Position numbers and translations under genes: made by a program. Below the pieces are notes generated by a model that had not been told where the DNA came from, ran no database searches, and worked only from the letters and a program-made list of their open reading frames with translations. A stretch of DNA of 64,000 nucleotides from a virus. Where the stretch lies: IMG/VR virus record IMGVR_UViG_3300029305_003176; one strand, 5' to 3'. Shown in pieces: positions 1-10,214 of this stretch. Numbering within the stretch: position 1 is the stretch's first letter; the number at the start of each line of letters is the position of its first letter.

Positions 1-1285
1 ATGAATCCTTCTTAACCTTATAGGACTGCTTGAAAGCTCTGCCAGACCAACAATCCTGCATGATTACATATTTCTCTTCATCAAATACATCAACATAATA
101 CCAAGTGCCATCGCTTTCGTATGTTTCATTTACAAGAGTTGATATAGCATTAATCTTTTCAGATAATGAAATAGAGAACTCTTTAATAGTTTCTCCATAT
201 GTTACAGAACACTTTAAAGAGTATTCTTCAGGAGTTGCTTCTCCTTCATCATTGTTATCTCCGTCATTATTATCTGTATCATCATTCTCGTCATCTGTCT
301 TATCAGATTCATCAGCTCCTTCGCCACCTTCAGAAGCAGGTTCTGGGTCAGCACCTTCTCCATCAGTATCATCTTCTCTAAATACTTCGGCAAATTTTGC
401 CTCAAGTTCTTCATCGGAAAGATTTTCATACTCGAAAGTAACATCATCTACGGTTTTGCCGTATTTTGCAAGTAATTCTTCAAATTTATTCACCGATTCG
501 TTTCCTCCTTCCTCTAGTTTTGAATTTATATTTGAAAAGCCAGAGAGAGTGGTGTTTAACTTCTCCAACACTTCAATCAATTTATTATTCTCAGAGAACA
601 TACTATTATTTTCTTTACTAAAGTCTGCCAGTTTAATATTTGAACCACTCATGCCAGGGCGAACAATTTCACCCTCATCATTCTTACCCAAAATTGTAAC
701 TCCTGAGAAGAAGAAATCTTCAATATCAAGATACTTATTCTTGGCATCGTAACTTAATTCTCTGATTGAGAGTTCAACACTTACAGAGCATTCTTGTTCT
801 CGTTCTAATATTTCAGCAGCCTTGCTATATTCTTCAAAAATATAACCTTTGACTTCAACATATGTTTTATCCTTATCTTTATCATAGACAAGCTTTGCAT
901 CGCATGACTCAGGAATAACACCTATTGGTACTTCATCATATACTACATTTCCATCATCATCTATATGCATATTGTGACCATAAAACTCAGGTTGTCCATC
1001 CACAATATGAATATATCCGAGAATTGGTCTATTACTGAAAGAAGGAAGTGCAGCAGTCATTACAGATTTCTTGATATTTGACCCATTAATATTTTCATCA
1101 ATATGACAAGCCTGTAAATAAACTTCTCTTAGACCTTCTGTATCTTTTTCGCTCTTCTTAAATTTGAGTTTTCCATTTATTTGAACCACAATATTCTCAT
1201 TGTCTTCAGATGCACTAAAATGTGTTGACTTTTTAGTAGAAGAGTAGTAGTTATAAAGATCGTTTAATGTTAATAGTCTCTTCAT
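1..1285 (-). CDS. Prohead protease/scaffold protein (SPbeta YonD-like), runs off window start
   Basis: Open frame from ATG 1285 (RBS AGGAGG) to the window edge, not in the ORF track. Protease-like motifs (CHIDENINGS, SVSVEL, FSGVTILG) followed by an acidic linker; downstream of portal. Confidence 0.75.
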   Translation of the reverse strand, partial: MKRLLTLNDLYNYYSSTKKSTHFSASEDNENIVVQINGKLKFKKSEKDTEGLREVYLQACHIDENINGSNIKKSVMTAALPSFSNRPILGYIHIVDGQPEFYGHNMHIDDDGNVVYDEVPIGVIPESCDAKLVYDKDKDKTYVEVKGYIFEEYSKAAEILEREQECSVSVELSIRELSYDAKNKYLDIEDFFFSGVTILGKNDEGEIVRPGMSGSNIKLADFSKENNSMFSENNKLIEVLEKLNTTLSGFSNINSKLEEGGNESVNKFEELLAKYGKTVDDVTFEYENLSDEELEAKFAEVFREDDTDGEGADPEPASEGGEGADESDKTDDENDDTDNNDGDNNDEGEATPEEYSLKCSVTYGETIKEFSISLSEKINAISTLVNETYESDGTWYYVDVFDEEKYVIMQDCWSGRAFKQSYKVKKDS

Positions 1286-1419
1286 CAGTTCCTCCTTTCC
1301 TCTAAAAATCTTTTTATATAATAGAAGAGTGAACTACCAAAGTAATCCACTCTTATTAAACATTAATATTTTATTGCCATTTCCTCGTTAGAAGGTTATA
1401 CTGTTACCCATATTATTCA

Positions 1420-3375
1420 TTAAAATGTAATGAATAAACTTGTTATAGTACCACCTAATTCAATAGAAATAAAGCTAGTATCGGACTCTCTTGTTATCTC
1501 AGCAGAAGAATCATTGCTTGAATATACCACCTTATCAAGATAAATTCCACCTTCAAATTTTGCAAAACAAGATAAAAGTGTGTTATTATTAGATGTATAG
1601 CAAGTTAAATAAATCGGTATATATGCGTTTTGTTTTACGCCACTATCCTCAAAATTACAATACTTATCAATCAACGCAGCAACATCACTATATTTAACAC
1701 TAAATTTATTATTTGAAACTGTATATGGTAAGTCCATTACTTGTTTCTTTTTTGCCGTCTCACTTGCAATCTTACTACTGCTCCAAGTTGAATTAGTATT
1801 TGTTGATGAGTCATCAATTCTTCCCCAGTTACTCTCAGGAATTGAAATCATCTCACTTTTTCCAGCAGGTAAACTTGTAACCATTTCAGGTTTAGTAGTT
1901 GCACCACTTACTTTAATAGTACACCACTGTCTAATTTCCAAGTAATAACAACCATTAGTAGGATAGTAGTACAAACGTTGAATCTTATAATTAGGGTCAA
2001 CTCCATCATACGCAGTATAATCTGTCGCACTATATGTAGTCCAATCACCATAACTATATCTAACCAATTTAACAGATTTGTATGTGCCATCATCAGCCAT
2101 ACCAGTAATCTCAACTTTTCCTCCATATTGGTCTGAAATTACAATAGGTTGGAACGTTGAAGAATTACCCAATGTTAATTTAAGCCACTGTGTACCACCT
2201 GCTGTACCGAATGTATATGCACCATATTTCTCATCAATTTTAGATGATGAGTACGTTGAAGTTGTGGAAGATTTAGTGTCGTTTAAACAACCAATCTGTC
2301 TCCAACCACTCCAAGTATAAGTATTTCCATTATCATTAGACATTCCGTAACGCATATAGATTAATCCATTTGCTGTGTCATCGTCATTGGTCATATAAGT
2401 TTGTGTAATTCGTATATATTGTGTATTATCATAATAGTTGTTACTAATAATTACACCAATACGATTTACTGGTATATTTAAACAAGAATGCATAACACGA
2501 TATATATGTAAACCATTTCCACTATCTATAACAGTATTAGCATCCGTAAGTGATGCGTAATTTTTTGTTAATTTCTTAGCTAACTCATTACTCGTTTTCT
2601 GACTGCTCCAAACGGTTGAGTCTGAAACTTCGTCTTTGATTTCTGTGATTACTTTGCAATAGTCGGACATACGACAGAGTTCAGTACCTTGCATAGTGTC
2701 TACTAAAACAAATTCAGTTTCCAAATCCATGTAATATTCAGTGTTGATAGAAGGAACACGAATACTACCTGTTGCTAATGATGATTCTTGTTTAAAGTCT
2801 ACATAAGCATATGCCATATTTTCTTCATCAACTGTAACTACAAGGTCAACATACTGGAAACCGTCAGCACAGTCTGCATATCCTCTGAATATATTATCTT
2901 TATCAGCACCATTTTTGAAGCTGACGGATAATGTGATTATGGACTTTTTATCGGAAGATGTGTTACTTCCGAAAACACCTTCAAAGATATATGGCTCGTT
3001 CATTAAAAGTGTCTGATTAAGGTCAGATTTTCCTATTAAACAATAGCGAGGTTCATTTACCCCATTACGTCTCATAGTAAATTTAATTTTGTTTAAGTCA
3101 TCCTGTTTTGAAGAGATGTCTGTCTGTCGTCCATAAGATACGCCCTTATAATATAAATTTCCAGTGTCGTAACAATGAAAATCTCCCTCAAGTTTCTCTT
3201 GGTCAGTTAAGTTTTGGTATTCTTCCTCAGTGAGCGTTGTAATATTTGTACCGCCACCACCAAGCGTACTTAATTTTGTTTCTAAGTCTGTGCCATCGGC
3301 ACATTCGATGGAATTTGCGAAAGCAACAGGAAAATCACCCATGCTTTGAAGCGAATCCACTAATTTAATACTCAT
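1420..3375 (-). CDS. Putative virion fibre/decoration protein
   Basis: 651 aa, Ser/Thr-rich, three (W/Y)SS(Q/S)K repeats (TVWSSQK, STYSSSK, STWSSSK) typical of phage fibre proteins. Confidence 0.55.
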   Translation of the reverse strand: MSIKLVDSLQSMGDFPVAFANSIECADGTDLETKLSTLGGGGTNITTLTEEEYQNLTDQEKLEGDFHCYDTGNLYYKGVSYGRQTDISSKQDDLNKIKFTMRRNGVNEPRYCLIGKSDLNQTLLMNEPYIFEGVFGSNTSSDKKSIITLSVSFKNGADKDNIFRGYADCADGFQYVDLVVTVDEENMAYAYVDFKQESSLATGSIRVPSINTEYYMDLETEFVLVDTMQGTELCRMSDYCKVITEIKDEVSDSTVWSSQKTSNELAKKLTKNYASLTDANTVIDSGNGLHIYRVMHSCLNIPVNRIGVIISNNYYDNTQYIRITQTYMTNDDDTANGLIYMRYGMSNDNGNTYTWSGWRQIGCLNDTKSSTTSTYSSSKIDEKYGAYTFGTAGGTQWLKLTLGNSSTFQPIVISDQYGGKVEITGMADDGTYKSVKLVRYSYGDWTTYSATDYTAYDGVDPNYKIQRLYYYPTNGCYYLEIRQWCTIKVSGATTKPEMVTSLPAGKSEMISIPESNWGRIDDSSTNTNSTWSSSKIASETAKKKQVMDLPYTVSNNKFSVKYSDVAALIDKYCNFEDSGVKQNAYIPIYLTCYTSNNNTLLSCFAKFEGGIYLDKVVYSSNDSSAEITRESDTSFISIELGGTITSLFITF

Positions 3376-4778
3376 CAGTTATCTTCCTCGCTTTCTTCAT
3401 TATTTTTATTATTAATAAAAGAGCCATCCGTAGCGAATGACTCTTTATATTTTTCTAATATTCTTTTTTGTTCTTCTTGTGAAAGGTCTAAAAATAAATC
3501 ATAATACATCCAAGTTAATTTATTGCCATTTGGTAATATTCCCGTTTGACCAATTCCTTTTTTGCAAGCATTTAATATACTGCCAAAATGTATTTTAATT
3601 CCACAATTATTTGCTGCTTCTGTTGAATCTTTATAAACGGTGCTATAACTTAAACATATCATAGGTCGTTTTGTTTTAAATGTATGTTTTATTTCATAAA
3701 TTTCTTCTGGTGTTTTGGTTAAATACTCGTCATAATACATCCAATGCAATCCAAGTCCATCTTCACGATAGTATGTTATTCTACCAACATTTTGACAAGC
3801 ACGAGAAATGGCAGAATGATATTTGTCATCAGTAGAATATTTTCTTTCTGCATCAGCAACGGATTCAAATATTTCTTCTGTTTCCAAACAGATAACAGAA
3901 GTATGATTATTATTCTCATTACAATAATCCATATATTTATTAATATCTTCTTGAGTCATATTCATGTATTCGTCATACCATAAGAAATGATATCCATTTA
4001 CAGATTTATATTTTTCAAGTTTATTACATACTTTGTATATGGGTGCTTTTGATTTGAATTTTAGTTCTCTACATATTTCAATCGCACTATTATATACAGT
4101 ATCATTGTCAATGCAATATATCTTTTTTGCTGGTGTTATATCTACATCACACTTCATTAATTCAATAGTCTTACCAAGCCATTCTTCAAATTGTTCTTTG
4201 GTATTACCTCCATAACCATAACAAGCGTGAAAATTTGAATGACAATCAGAACAAAGAGTTATTCCGTTTGTTTCATCTGTACGTTTTTCAACACACCATT
4301 CATATCCGTCTAAGTGATGAACTTCAAAATTTGTTTCTCTATTCATTTTTCCACAACACTGACAAGTATAATCATCTCGTGCCAATACTCGTTTTATAAA
4401 TTCAGTATATTCTGGATATTTTCTTTCAATTTTTCGTTCTTCATCTGTCTTATTGAAATTCCATCTATTGCTATTCTTTCCACTATTAAAAAGTCTATTT
4501 CCACAAGGTTGACAATATGTTTTACCATCATGGTTAGTATCTACATATGAACAATATTGCATACTTAATAATTTACCACAACAATCACATTCTGCTTCAA
4601 CTCTTATCTTGCTTCCTTTTTGTAAATCGGCTACTCTAACTTTAATAGTAGTCCCTCTTTTAACCATCCATTTTCTATTATTCTCATTCCAATATTTAGG
4701 AAATTCATATCCTAAATTTTCAAAACGTTTTATATGACTACCACAATTTATTTCAACTTCTTTTGTAATTAAACCCAT
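3375..4778 (-). CDS. HNH homing endonuclease with NUMOD1-like repeats
   Basis: CxxC motifs, RDDYTCQCCG..EVHHLDG..NGITLCSDCHSNFH (HNH); three ICLET/GYHFLWY-type DNA-binding repeats. Confidence 0.85.
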   Translation of the reverse strand: MGLITKEVEINCGSHIKRFENLGYEFPKYWNENNRKWMVKRGTTIKVRVADLQKGSKIRVEAECDCCGKLLSMQYCSYVDTNHDGKTYCQPCGNRLFNSGKNSNRWNFNKTDEERKIERKYPEYTEFIKRVLARDDYTCQCCGKMNRETNFEVHHLDGYEWCVEKRTDETNGITLCSDCHSNFHACYGYGGNTKEQFEEWLGKTIELMKCDVDITPAKKIYCIDNDTVYNSAIEICRELKFKSKAPIYKVCNKLEKYKSVNGYHFLWYDEYMNMTQEDINKYMDYCNENNNHTSVICLETEEIFESVADAERKYSTDDKYHSAISRACQNVGRITYYREDGLGLHWMYYDEYLTKTPEEIYEIKHTFKTKRPMICLSYSTVYKDSTEAANNCGIKIHFGSILNACKKGIGQTGILPNGNKLTWMYYDLFLDLSQEEQKRILEKYKESFATDGSFINNKNNEESEEDN

Positions 4779-4841
4779 TCTATTTCATTCCTTTCTAAAA
4801 ACAAATATTCTAATAATATATTTCTCCATAAGAAAAGAGAC

Positions 4842-5030
4842 TTAGGTTGGTTTCCTAAGTCTCCATTCATCTAAGCATTTTCCCAATTCTTCTGTTCTGA
4901 TATATATCCACATAGTCTTATGACTTTTTTCATTTAAAGCACATACTTCATAAGCAATACCTTGATTTGTTAAAAAATCTCTAAGTGGAATACTAAAACA
5001 ACAAAAGAGTTTACTATTTTCATTCTTCAA
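4842..5030 (-). CDS. Small hypothetical protein (DUF5659-like)
   Basis: 62 aa, FSxxLxxFLxxxGxxY pattern, TTG start. Confidence 0.55.
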   Translation of the reverse strand: MKNENSKLFCCFSIPLRDFLTNQGIAYEVCALNEKSHKTMWIYIRTEELGKCLDEWRLRKPT

Positions 5031-5054
5031 TTAACATTCTTCTTTCTATAATAT

Positions 5055-7091
5055 TTATTTCACCTCTGCCACAAATGAACCTAATCCACTATTGCTAAAT
5101 CTTGAAATAGTATAGGAACTTACATGACCAGATGAGTTAGTGTGGCTAACAACTGCAACTTCTTCAACTGAACTTTGGAATCCGTTAACCCAAGCAGAAG
5201 TCACTTTCATATTTGTTGGTGTAGCAAAGTACGCATACTCACCACTTCCACAGTTGAAGTTGTATGACATCTTGTTGCTTGCTGTTAATTTCTTATTTCC
5301 CAAAGCTAAGATGAAGTCGTTGTTATATTCACTCTCTGTACAACATCCATAATAGATAGGGTAGAGGAAACTAATTTTCTTAGTAGCAGTAGTAATACCG
5401 CCTTCATTTCCTGACCCGTCACTTGCTGTGAGAACGTAGCTCTTAGTATTCTGCAAAGTAGCAACAGTGCTTTCTCTGTCATCTGCAACAATAGTGCAAT
5501 CAGTAAGTGTCTGTGTTTTAATATCTTTGCTATAACTCCATGAGAATGCAATATCTGTAAGAACAGTACCGATTTCATGGGTGTCTGCAACATTACAAGT
5601 AAACGAAGTAATCTTTAATGCTTCATAATTGATTTTGTCTAAGATATTCTTTAAAGCAAGTGATACATTTGTCAAATCAGGATAATCCTCATTTTCATAT
5701 GCAACCTTGTCGGCAGTACCACCTAATTCAATAGGGTCAGTGTAACCGATAGAACCATCTTCTCTAACGGATAATACTTTACCTGCCTCATCAACTGACT
5801 GTGTAGCATCAAACTTCTTATCCAATTCCGTCTTCACAACTTTTGTCTGTGGAGCAGAAGAGGAAGTAAGGTTTAATTCTTCATCGTAATTCGCAAGAGC
5901 AACATTACCCAAAGAGTCAGTTACAAGGTGTTTATTTGCAATATCATCGCCACTAAAAGTTTTATCCAGTTTAGTGTTAATTTTCTCATTAAGGATTCTT
6001 CCTTGATTTGCAGATAATGCACTTGTCAAACTTGAACTTTCTACAGAGTCAAGAATAGCGTCACCACTAATTTTACTGTCAATGTCTGTTTGCAAATATG
6101 TTTCAAGTGCTTGTAATGCTTCAACATTAGGAATCTTTGTAGTATCTGCACCATCAAATGTAGAAACAACATCTTTAGATTTAGATACGAAATCTTCAAA
6201 ATTAGTCTCGCCAGCACTTACAATGTCCTGTACCGTTACACTGTTATCAGTACTATCCACAATAAAGATAGTCTGCATTAACTTATCATCTTGTGTATAA
6301 TAGAACCATGTGCTTGTCTCGTTTGTTGTATAAGCTTCACCATCTTTGAGATAGGTTATGGTAATTTCACCATTCCCTGCGTCAAAATAACTTGGTTTTG
6401 AATCACAATTTATGGCTGCATTGTCTGACATTTCAGAAATTCTTTGGTCAACATAAGCCTTTGCATCTTTGAGCGTATTACTTGATGCTTTTTTTATGCT
6501 TCCTGATACAGAACTATCGCCATTGATAATAGCAATAGCATCTTCGTTAGCAGTAACACGCTCACTCAAAGAAGTATTAGCAGTATCACACACATTCTTA
6601 ATTTCTACAATCGCACCACTTAAAGTTTGGTCATTCGTAGTGAGAGGTGTGTTACCCATAGCAGTTTGAATATCTGCAATCTGTGCTTCTGTTGTAGAAA
6701 TATGTGTCTGAACTTGTGTATCATCGTAGTTCTCCAATGACGCAAGTTTCTCTTTTTCAAGAGTTGTAAAATCATTTGTAGAAAGACCTTTACCGTCTTC
6801 CTTTGCAACATAACCCTCTAAGAGAGTATCTGTTTCAGTTTTCTTATAATAATCAATGAGACTTGAAGAACCACCAGATTCTACCAATCTCCATTTACCT
6901 AAATTTTCGTCAACAATATTACTTCTGTTGTATCTATATCTATTACCATCCTCAACAACATTACATTCATAAATATCTGGGAGGTAATTTTCATTGAATG
7001 CAACCATCTCATCAATCGTATTAAATAAAGAACGCACATTATCTGCTTTCTTACCGAGATATGAGATGTTATCTAACATTGATACACTCAT
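5055..7091 (-). CDS. Putative virion structural protein
   Basis: 678 aa; KGLSTNDFT and ALSANQG motifs typical of phage fibre proteins; C-terminal domain resembles the next gene (KKISFLYPIYYG). Confidence 0.6.
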   Translation of the reverse strand: MSVSMLDNISYLGKKADNVRSLFNTIDEMVAFNENYLPDIYECNVVEDGNRYRYNRSNIVDENLGKWRLVESGGSSSLIDYYKKTETDTLLEGYVAKEDGKGLSTNDFTTLEKEKLASLENYDDTQVQTHISTTEAQIADIQTAMGNTPLTTNDQTLSGAIVEIKNVCDTANTSLSERVTANEDAIAIINGDSSVSGSIKKASSNTLKDAKAYVDQRISEMSDNAAINCDSKPSYFDAGNGEITITYLKDGEAYTTNETSTWFYYTQDDKLMQTIFIVDSTDNSVTVQDIVSAGETNFEDFVSKSKDVVSTFDGADTTKIPNVEALQALETYLQTDIDSKISGDAILDSVESSSLTSALSANQGRILNEKINTKLDKTFSGDDIANKHLVTDSLGNVALANYDEELNLTSSSAPQTKVVKTELDKKFDATQSVDEAGKVLSVREDGSIGYTDPIELGGTADKVAYENEDYPDLTNVSLALKNILDKINYEALKITSFTCNVADTHEIGTVLTDIAFSWSYSKDIKTQTLTDCTIVADDRESTVATLQNTKSYVLTASDGSGNEGGITTATKKISFLYPIYYGCCTESEYNNDFILALGNKKLTASNKMSYNFNCGSGEYAYFATPTNMKVTSAWVNGFQSSVEEVAVVSHTNSSGHVSSYTISRFSNSGLGSFVAEVK

Positions 7092-7106
7092 TTAATTATC
7101 TCCTTT

Positions 7107-8333
7107 CTATGAAAATTTCAATGTAATTCCACTAGCTGCGGAAGGGTCAATCTGTATATAAACTGCATAGTCATAACCATTAATCTTAACAGTTACAGAT
7201 GAAAAACTATTTGTATAACTTAAAGCATTTACAGGGTCTAAGATTGTAGTGATATTACCGAGCATTTTTGGTACAGCTACACAAACCTTTCCCCAATCAG
7301 TTGTAATTCCTTCATAAGTAAATACCTTTGTATTCTGTAACTTAGAACTAAGAGTCTTAATCATTGCTTCTGTAGGTTCACCTGTTTCTGCATCCACAAT
7401 TCCATAGTAAATCACAGGATAAAATTCAATCTTCTTAGTGATAGTAGAAGATAATCCTTCTTTATCTGTTACAACGACTTTGATTGTAGAAGTTTCTTTA
7501 ATCTCAGTATTGTGAATATAAGGGAATGAACCACCTGATGCACAAGAAGTATTTTCCTTTACCTCAACGTCATTGATAAAGTATTCAATCTTCGCAACAT
7601 CATAAGTCTGTTTAGTAACTGTTGCGTTGATAGTAAGAGAAGAAATGCTTTCAGTAACAATGTCGTATAATGTCTTTGAAGGAGAGATACTTAATGTTAC
7701 CTTTGGTGCAATCTTTTCAGTAAGCATATCTCTGATAATCTCTTCAAGAGGCGTTCCCTTTGGATAAGAACTCTTTAATGTACCCATCTGAACATTTGGT
7801 GTCAATGGTGCTTCTAATTCTGAGTCTGTCTTAACCATGAGTTTGTCCAATGCGCCCTTTACATTATTGATAGTAGCATCTACATTATTTTCATATTCAA
7901 GAGTATCTACATTGATATCCATTGCTTTATCTAATGCGCCTTTCACATTAGTAATAGAAGCATCTTTTGTAGTTGTATATTCTAAGTTGTTAACGCCAAT
8001 ATTCATTGCTTTATCTAAAGCATTCTTTACATTCTTAACTGTTACATCTTTACTTGTTGTATAAGCAATATTAGTAGTTTCAATTACTAATGGGTCAGTA
8101 GTTTTTTCAGTACCATCTGACATCTCACAAGTAATTGTATTATCTGAATTTAAAACTATATTCTCAATTGATATACCATCGGCAGGAGTAGGAACTGTAA
8201 CCGACACCTCTTCGCCAGTTTCATTAATAGTAAAATATACGGTAGTTCCTTCTACACGCATATTTCCAATACCAAGGGCAACTTGGTTTGTATAGTTCTT
8301 ACCAGAGCCTAATGTTATAATATTTAATCCCAT
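7107..8333 (-). CDS. Putative virion structural protein with internal repeats
   Basis: 408 aa; three ~27-aa NVK(G/N)ALDK repeats; KKIEFYPVIYYG. Confidence 0.6.
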   Translation of the reverse strand: MGLNIITLGSGKNYTNQVALGIGNMRVEGTTVYFTINETGEEVSVTVPTPADGISIENIVLNSDNTITCEMSDGTEKTTDPLVIETTNIAYTTSKDVTVKNVKNALDKAMNIGVNNLEYTTTKDASITNVKGALDKAMDINVDTLEYENNVDATINNVKGALDKLMVKTDSELEAPLTPNVQMGTLKSSYPKGTPLEEIIRDMLTEKIAPKVTLSISPSKTLYDIVTESISSLTINATVTKQTYDVAKIEYFINDVEVKENTSCASGGSFPYIHNTEIKETSTIKVVVTDKEGLSSTITKKIEFYPVIYYGIVDAETGEPTEAMIKTLSSKLQNTKVFTYEGITTDWGKVCVAVPKMLGNITTILDPVNALSYTNSFSSVTVKINGYDYAVYIQIDPSAASGITLKFS

Positions 8334-8345
8334 TTAGACACCTCC

Positions 8346-8537
8346 TTATACATCCCACCACTTATGATTTTCTTCATCATAAATGTAGGCTTTCTTGGTG
8401 TCCATTTCATAAAATGTACTTGAATTTCCGATTAAATTATTTCCGAATTTTTCAATTGGTTTTTCATCTGTTGATAAGCCATATAATTCCATCCATACAC
8501 GGTTTTGCTTATCTCCATATTTATTAAGTGTTATCAT
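8346..8537 (-). CDS. Hypothetical protein
   Basis: ELYGLSTDEKP motif; ATG 8537 with RBS GAGGT. Confidence 0.65.
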   Translation of the reverse strand: MITLNKYGDKQNRVWMELYGLSTDEKPIEKFGNNLIGNSSTFYEMDTKKAYIYDEENHKWWDV

Positions 8538-8621
8538 AGCAAACCTCACTTTCTTTAGCGTATTGGAAAGATAGTGGCTATATATAATAAAGGAGCCTTG
8601 TTGTACAAGACTCCTTTTATT

Positions 8622-8810
8622 TTAAATATTTAATATATTGGTATAAATTCCACCAAATTGTTCAACATCGAACTTTAATTTCTTTCCATCATTTAAAAAT
8701 ATGTATTCACCCGGTATTTGAGATGGAAGCTCTGTGTACTGTTCGTATCTGAGCTTGTGAGCCGTCTCTTTATGGGTTACTCTTATAAATTTCATATCTC
8801 TATTATCCAT
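8622..8810 (-). CDS. Hypothetical protein
   Basis: ORF with RBS AAGGAG, co-oriented with neighbours. Confidence 0.6.
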   Translation of the reverse strand: MDNRDMKFIRVTHKETAHKLRYEQYTELPSQIPGEYIFLNDGKKLKFDVEQFGGIYTNILNI

Positions 8811-8892
8811 ATCCGTGTTCTCCTTTTATATAATATATTGCTATTATATATGAAATAATATTTTAATCAAGGTAATAAAACAAAATTATTTT

Positions 8893-10089
8893 TTAAGATG
8901 CTTTTACACCTTGAGTTATTATTTTTGATTTGTCTGGTTGGTTAGGGTCGTCTGCATAGTACCATTTGTAGCCGTAAGCTGTTTTTTGTATGCCAGCAAC
9001 ACATCTTGAAATTCCTGTAGAAATTGAATTAAGTTTTTTAACATCATCATTCACATGTCTTGCTCCATCCGCAATAGATATATATGTAGTAATAAAATTA
9101 TCATTTAAATCATAGCAATTGCATAGTTTAGTATCTGAACGCTGCAACTGCTTACTATATATATCATCTCCATGAAAACGACAATAATATCCATGTATTG
9201 TAAGTAATTTATTCTTTGGATTACATGCGTCCATAACCATATCAGAACGACATCCTAAAAAATTACCACACTTTGTAGAATTAAAAAATGTATCTACAAA
9301 ATTTAAATTTGAATCATATAAATCTATTTTAGGTCTATACTCTCTTTTCTCATAACCTTTGTAATTATATTCTGGAAAATTAGACCACCAAAATCCATAC
9401 GCAGTTTTATGTTCCTTATTTAGAACATCCGAAATATACCCGTCATTTCTTCCAAATGCTTGATTTGCTTCGACACAACTTGTATAATAACCAACAATCT
9501 GTTCTGTTTCTAATGAAAATTGATAAATATCTTGAAAATTATATGGCGTATAATCATATTTATCTATTGGATCACCACTGTTTCTAAATACATATGTATT
9601 TTTATAATTTCGTGTATGCCCGTATATTATATTAGTAATTGATTTTATGGATATATTTAATGTTTCTGAGGCTTCGACTCTTGTTCGAAAATTAAACAAT
9701 AATATACCATCCATATCATATACATCAACGGGTTGACCTTGCCCAATCTTGTTGTTCCCACCATCATCAATATTATATCCACCACAAAGTATTGAAGTAT
9801 GCAGCTCTTCAATATATTTTATTTCTAATTCATTTAAAACCGATGTTAAATTATCTTTAGATGTAAAAGATACAACATCTATTGTTTCAACAGAAAAATT
9901 ATCACGTCCATACTTGCGTATTGCGGCATCAATTCCTGTCAAAGAAGGTTTATTAATAGCATCAGAGTAGTGAGCTATCCATCTTTTTTGAACAGTTTGT
10001 GTTGTTTGTCCAACATATTTCTTACTATTTATTAAATTGGTTATAAGATAAATATAGCCTTCGTATTCATTTGTATTTTTATTAAACAT
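8893..10089 (-). CDS. GIY-YIG homing endonuclease with NUMOD1 repeats
   Basis: GYIYLITNLINSKKYVGQT, ELEIKYI, GYN; repeated KTAYGF/YxW; ATG 10089 after GGAGG. Confidence 0.9.
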   Translation of the reverse strand: MFNKNTNEYEGYIYLITNLINSKKYVGQTTQTVQKRWIAHYSDAINKPSLTGIDAAIRKYGRDNFSVETIDVVSFTSKDNLTSVLNELEIKYIEELHTSILCGGYNIDDGGNNKIGQGQPVDVYDMDGILLFNFRTRVEASETLNISIKSITNIIYGHTRNYKNTYVFRNSGDPIDKYDYTPYNFQDIYQFSLETEQIVGYYTSCVEANQAFGRNDGYISDVLNKEHKTAYGFWWSNFPEYNYKGYEKREYRPKIDLYDSNLNFVDTFFNSTKCGNFLGCRSDMVMDACNPKNKLLTIHGYYCRFHGDDIYSKQLQRSDTKLCNCYDLNDNFITTYISIADGARHVNDDVKKLNSISTGISRCVAGIQKTAYGYKWYYADDPNQPDKSKIITQGVKAS

Positions 10090-10103
10090 AATTTCCTCCA
10101 ATC

Positions 10104-10132
10104 AAAAAAGAGCCGATATATAATCGACTCTT
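10104..10132 (-). terminator. Intrinsic terminator-like hairpin
   Basis: AAGAGTCGAT-loop-ATCGGCTC followed by a T run on the minus strand. Confidence 0.55.
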
Positions 10133-10135
10133 GTA

Positions 10136-10208
10136 ATTGAAGGCAGAGATAGGAGAGCGTAAACCGTCCTATATTAACTCTTTACCGGATTCTCCATCCG
10201 ACCTATAT
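10136..10208 (-). ncRNA. Structured leader element, copy A (upstream of GIY-YIG gene)
   Basis: 65/73 nt identical to 16514-16586; hairpin CGGAT-GGAGA-ATCCG whose loop is complementary to downstream TCTCC. Confidence 0.6.
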
Positions 10209-10214
10209 TTCTAT

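Noticed and set aside
105-752. 215-aa Ser-rich + strand ORF
   Set aside because: Antisense shadow of the acidic protease/scaffold gene on the minus strand.
10136-10208. Twister, pistol or hammerhead identity for the duplicated leader
   Set aside because: Conserved catalytic nucleotides were not found by eye; kept as an unassigned element.
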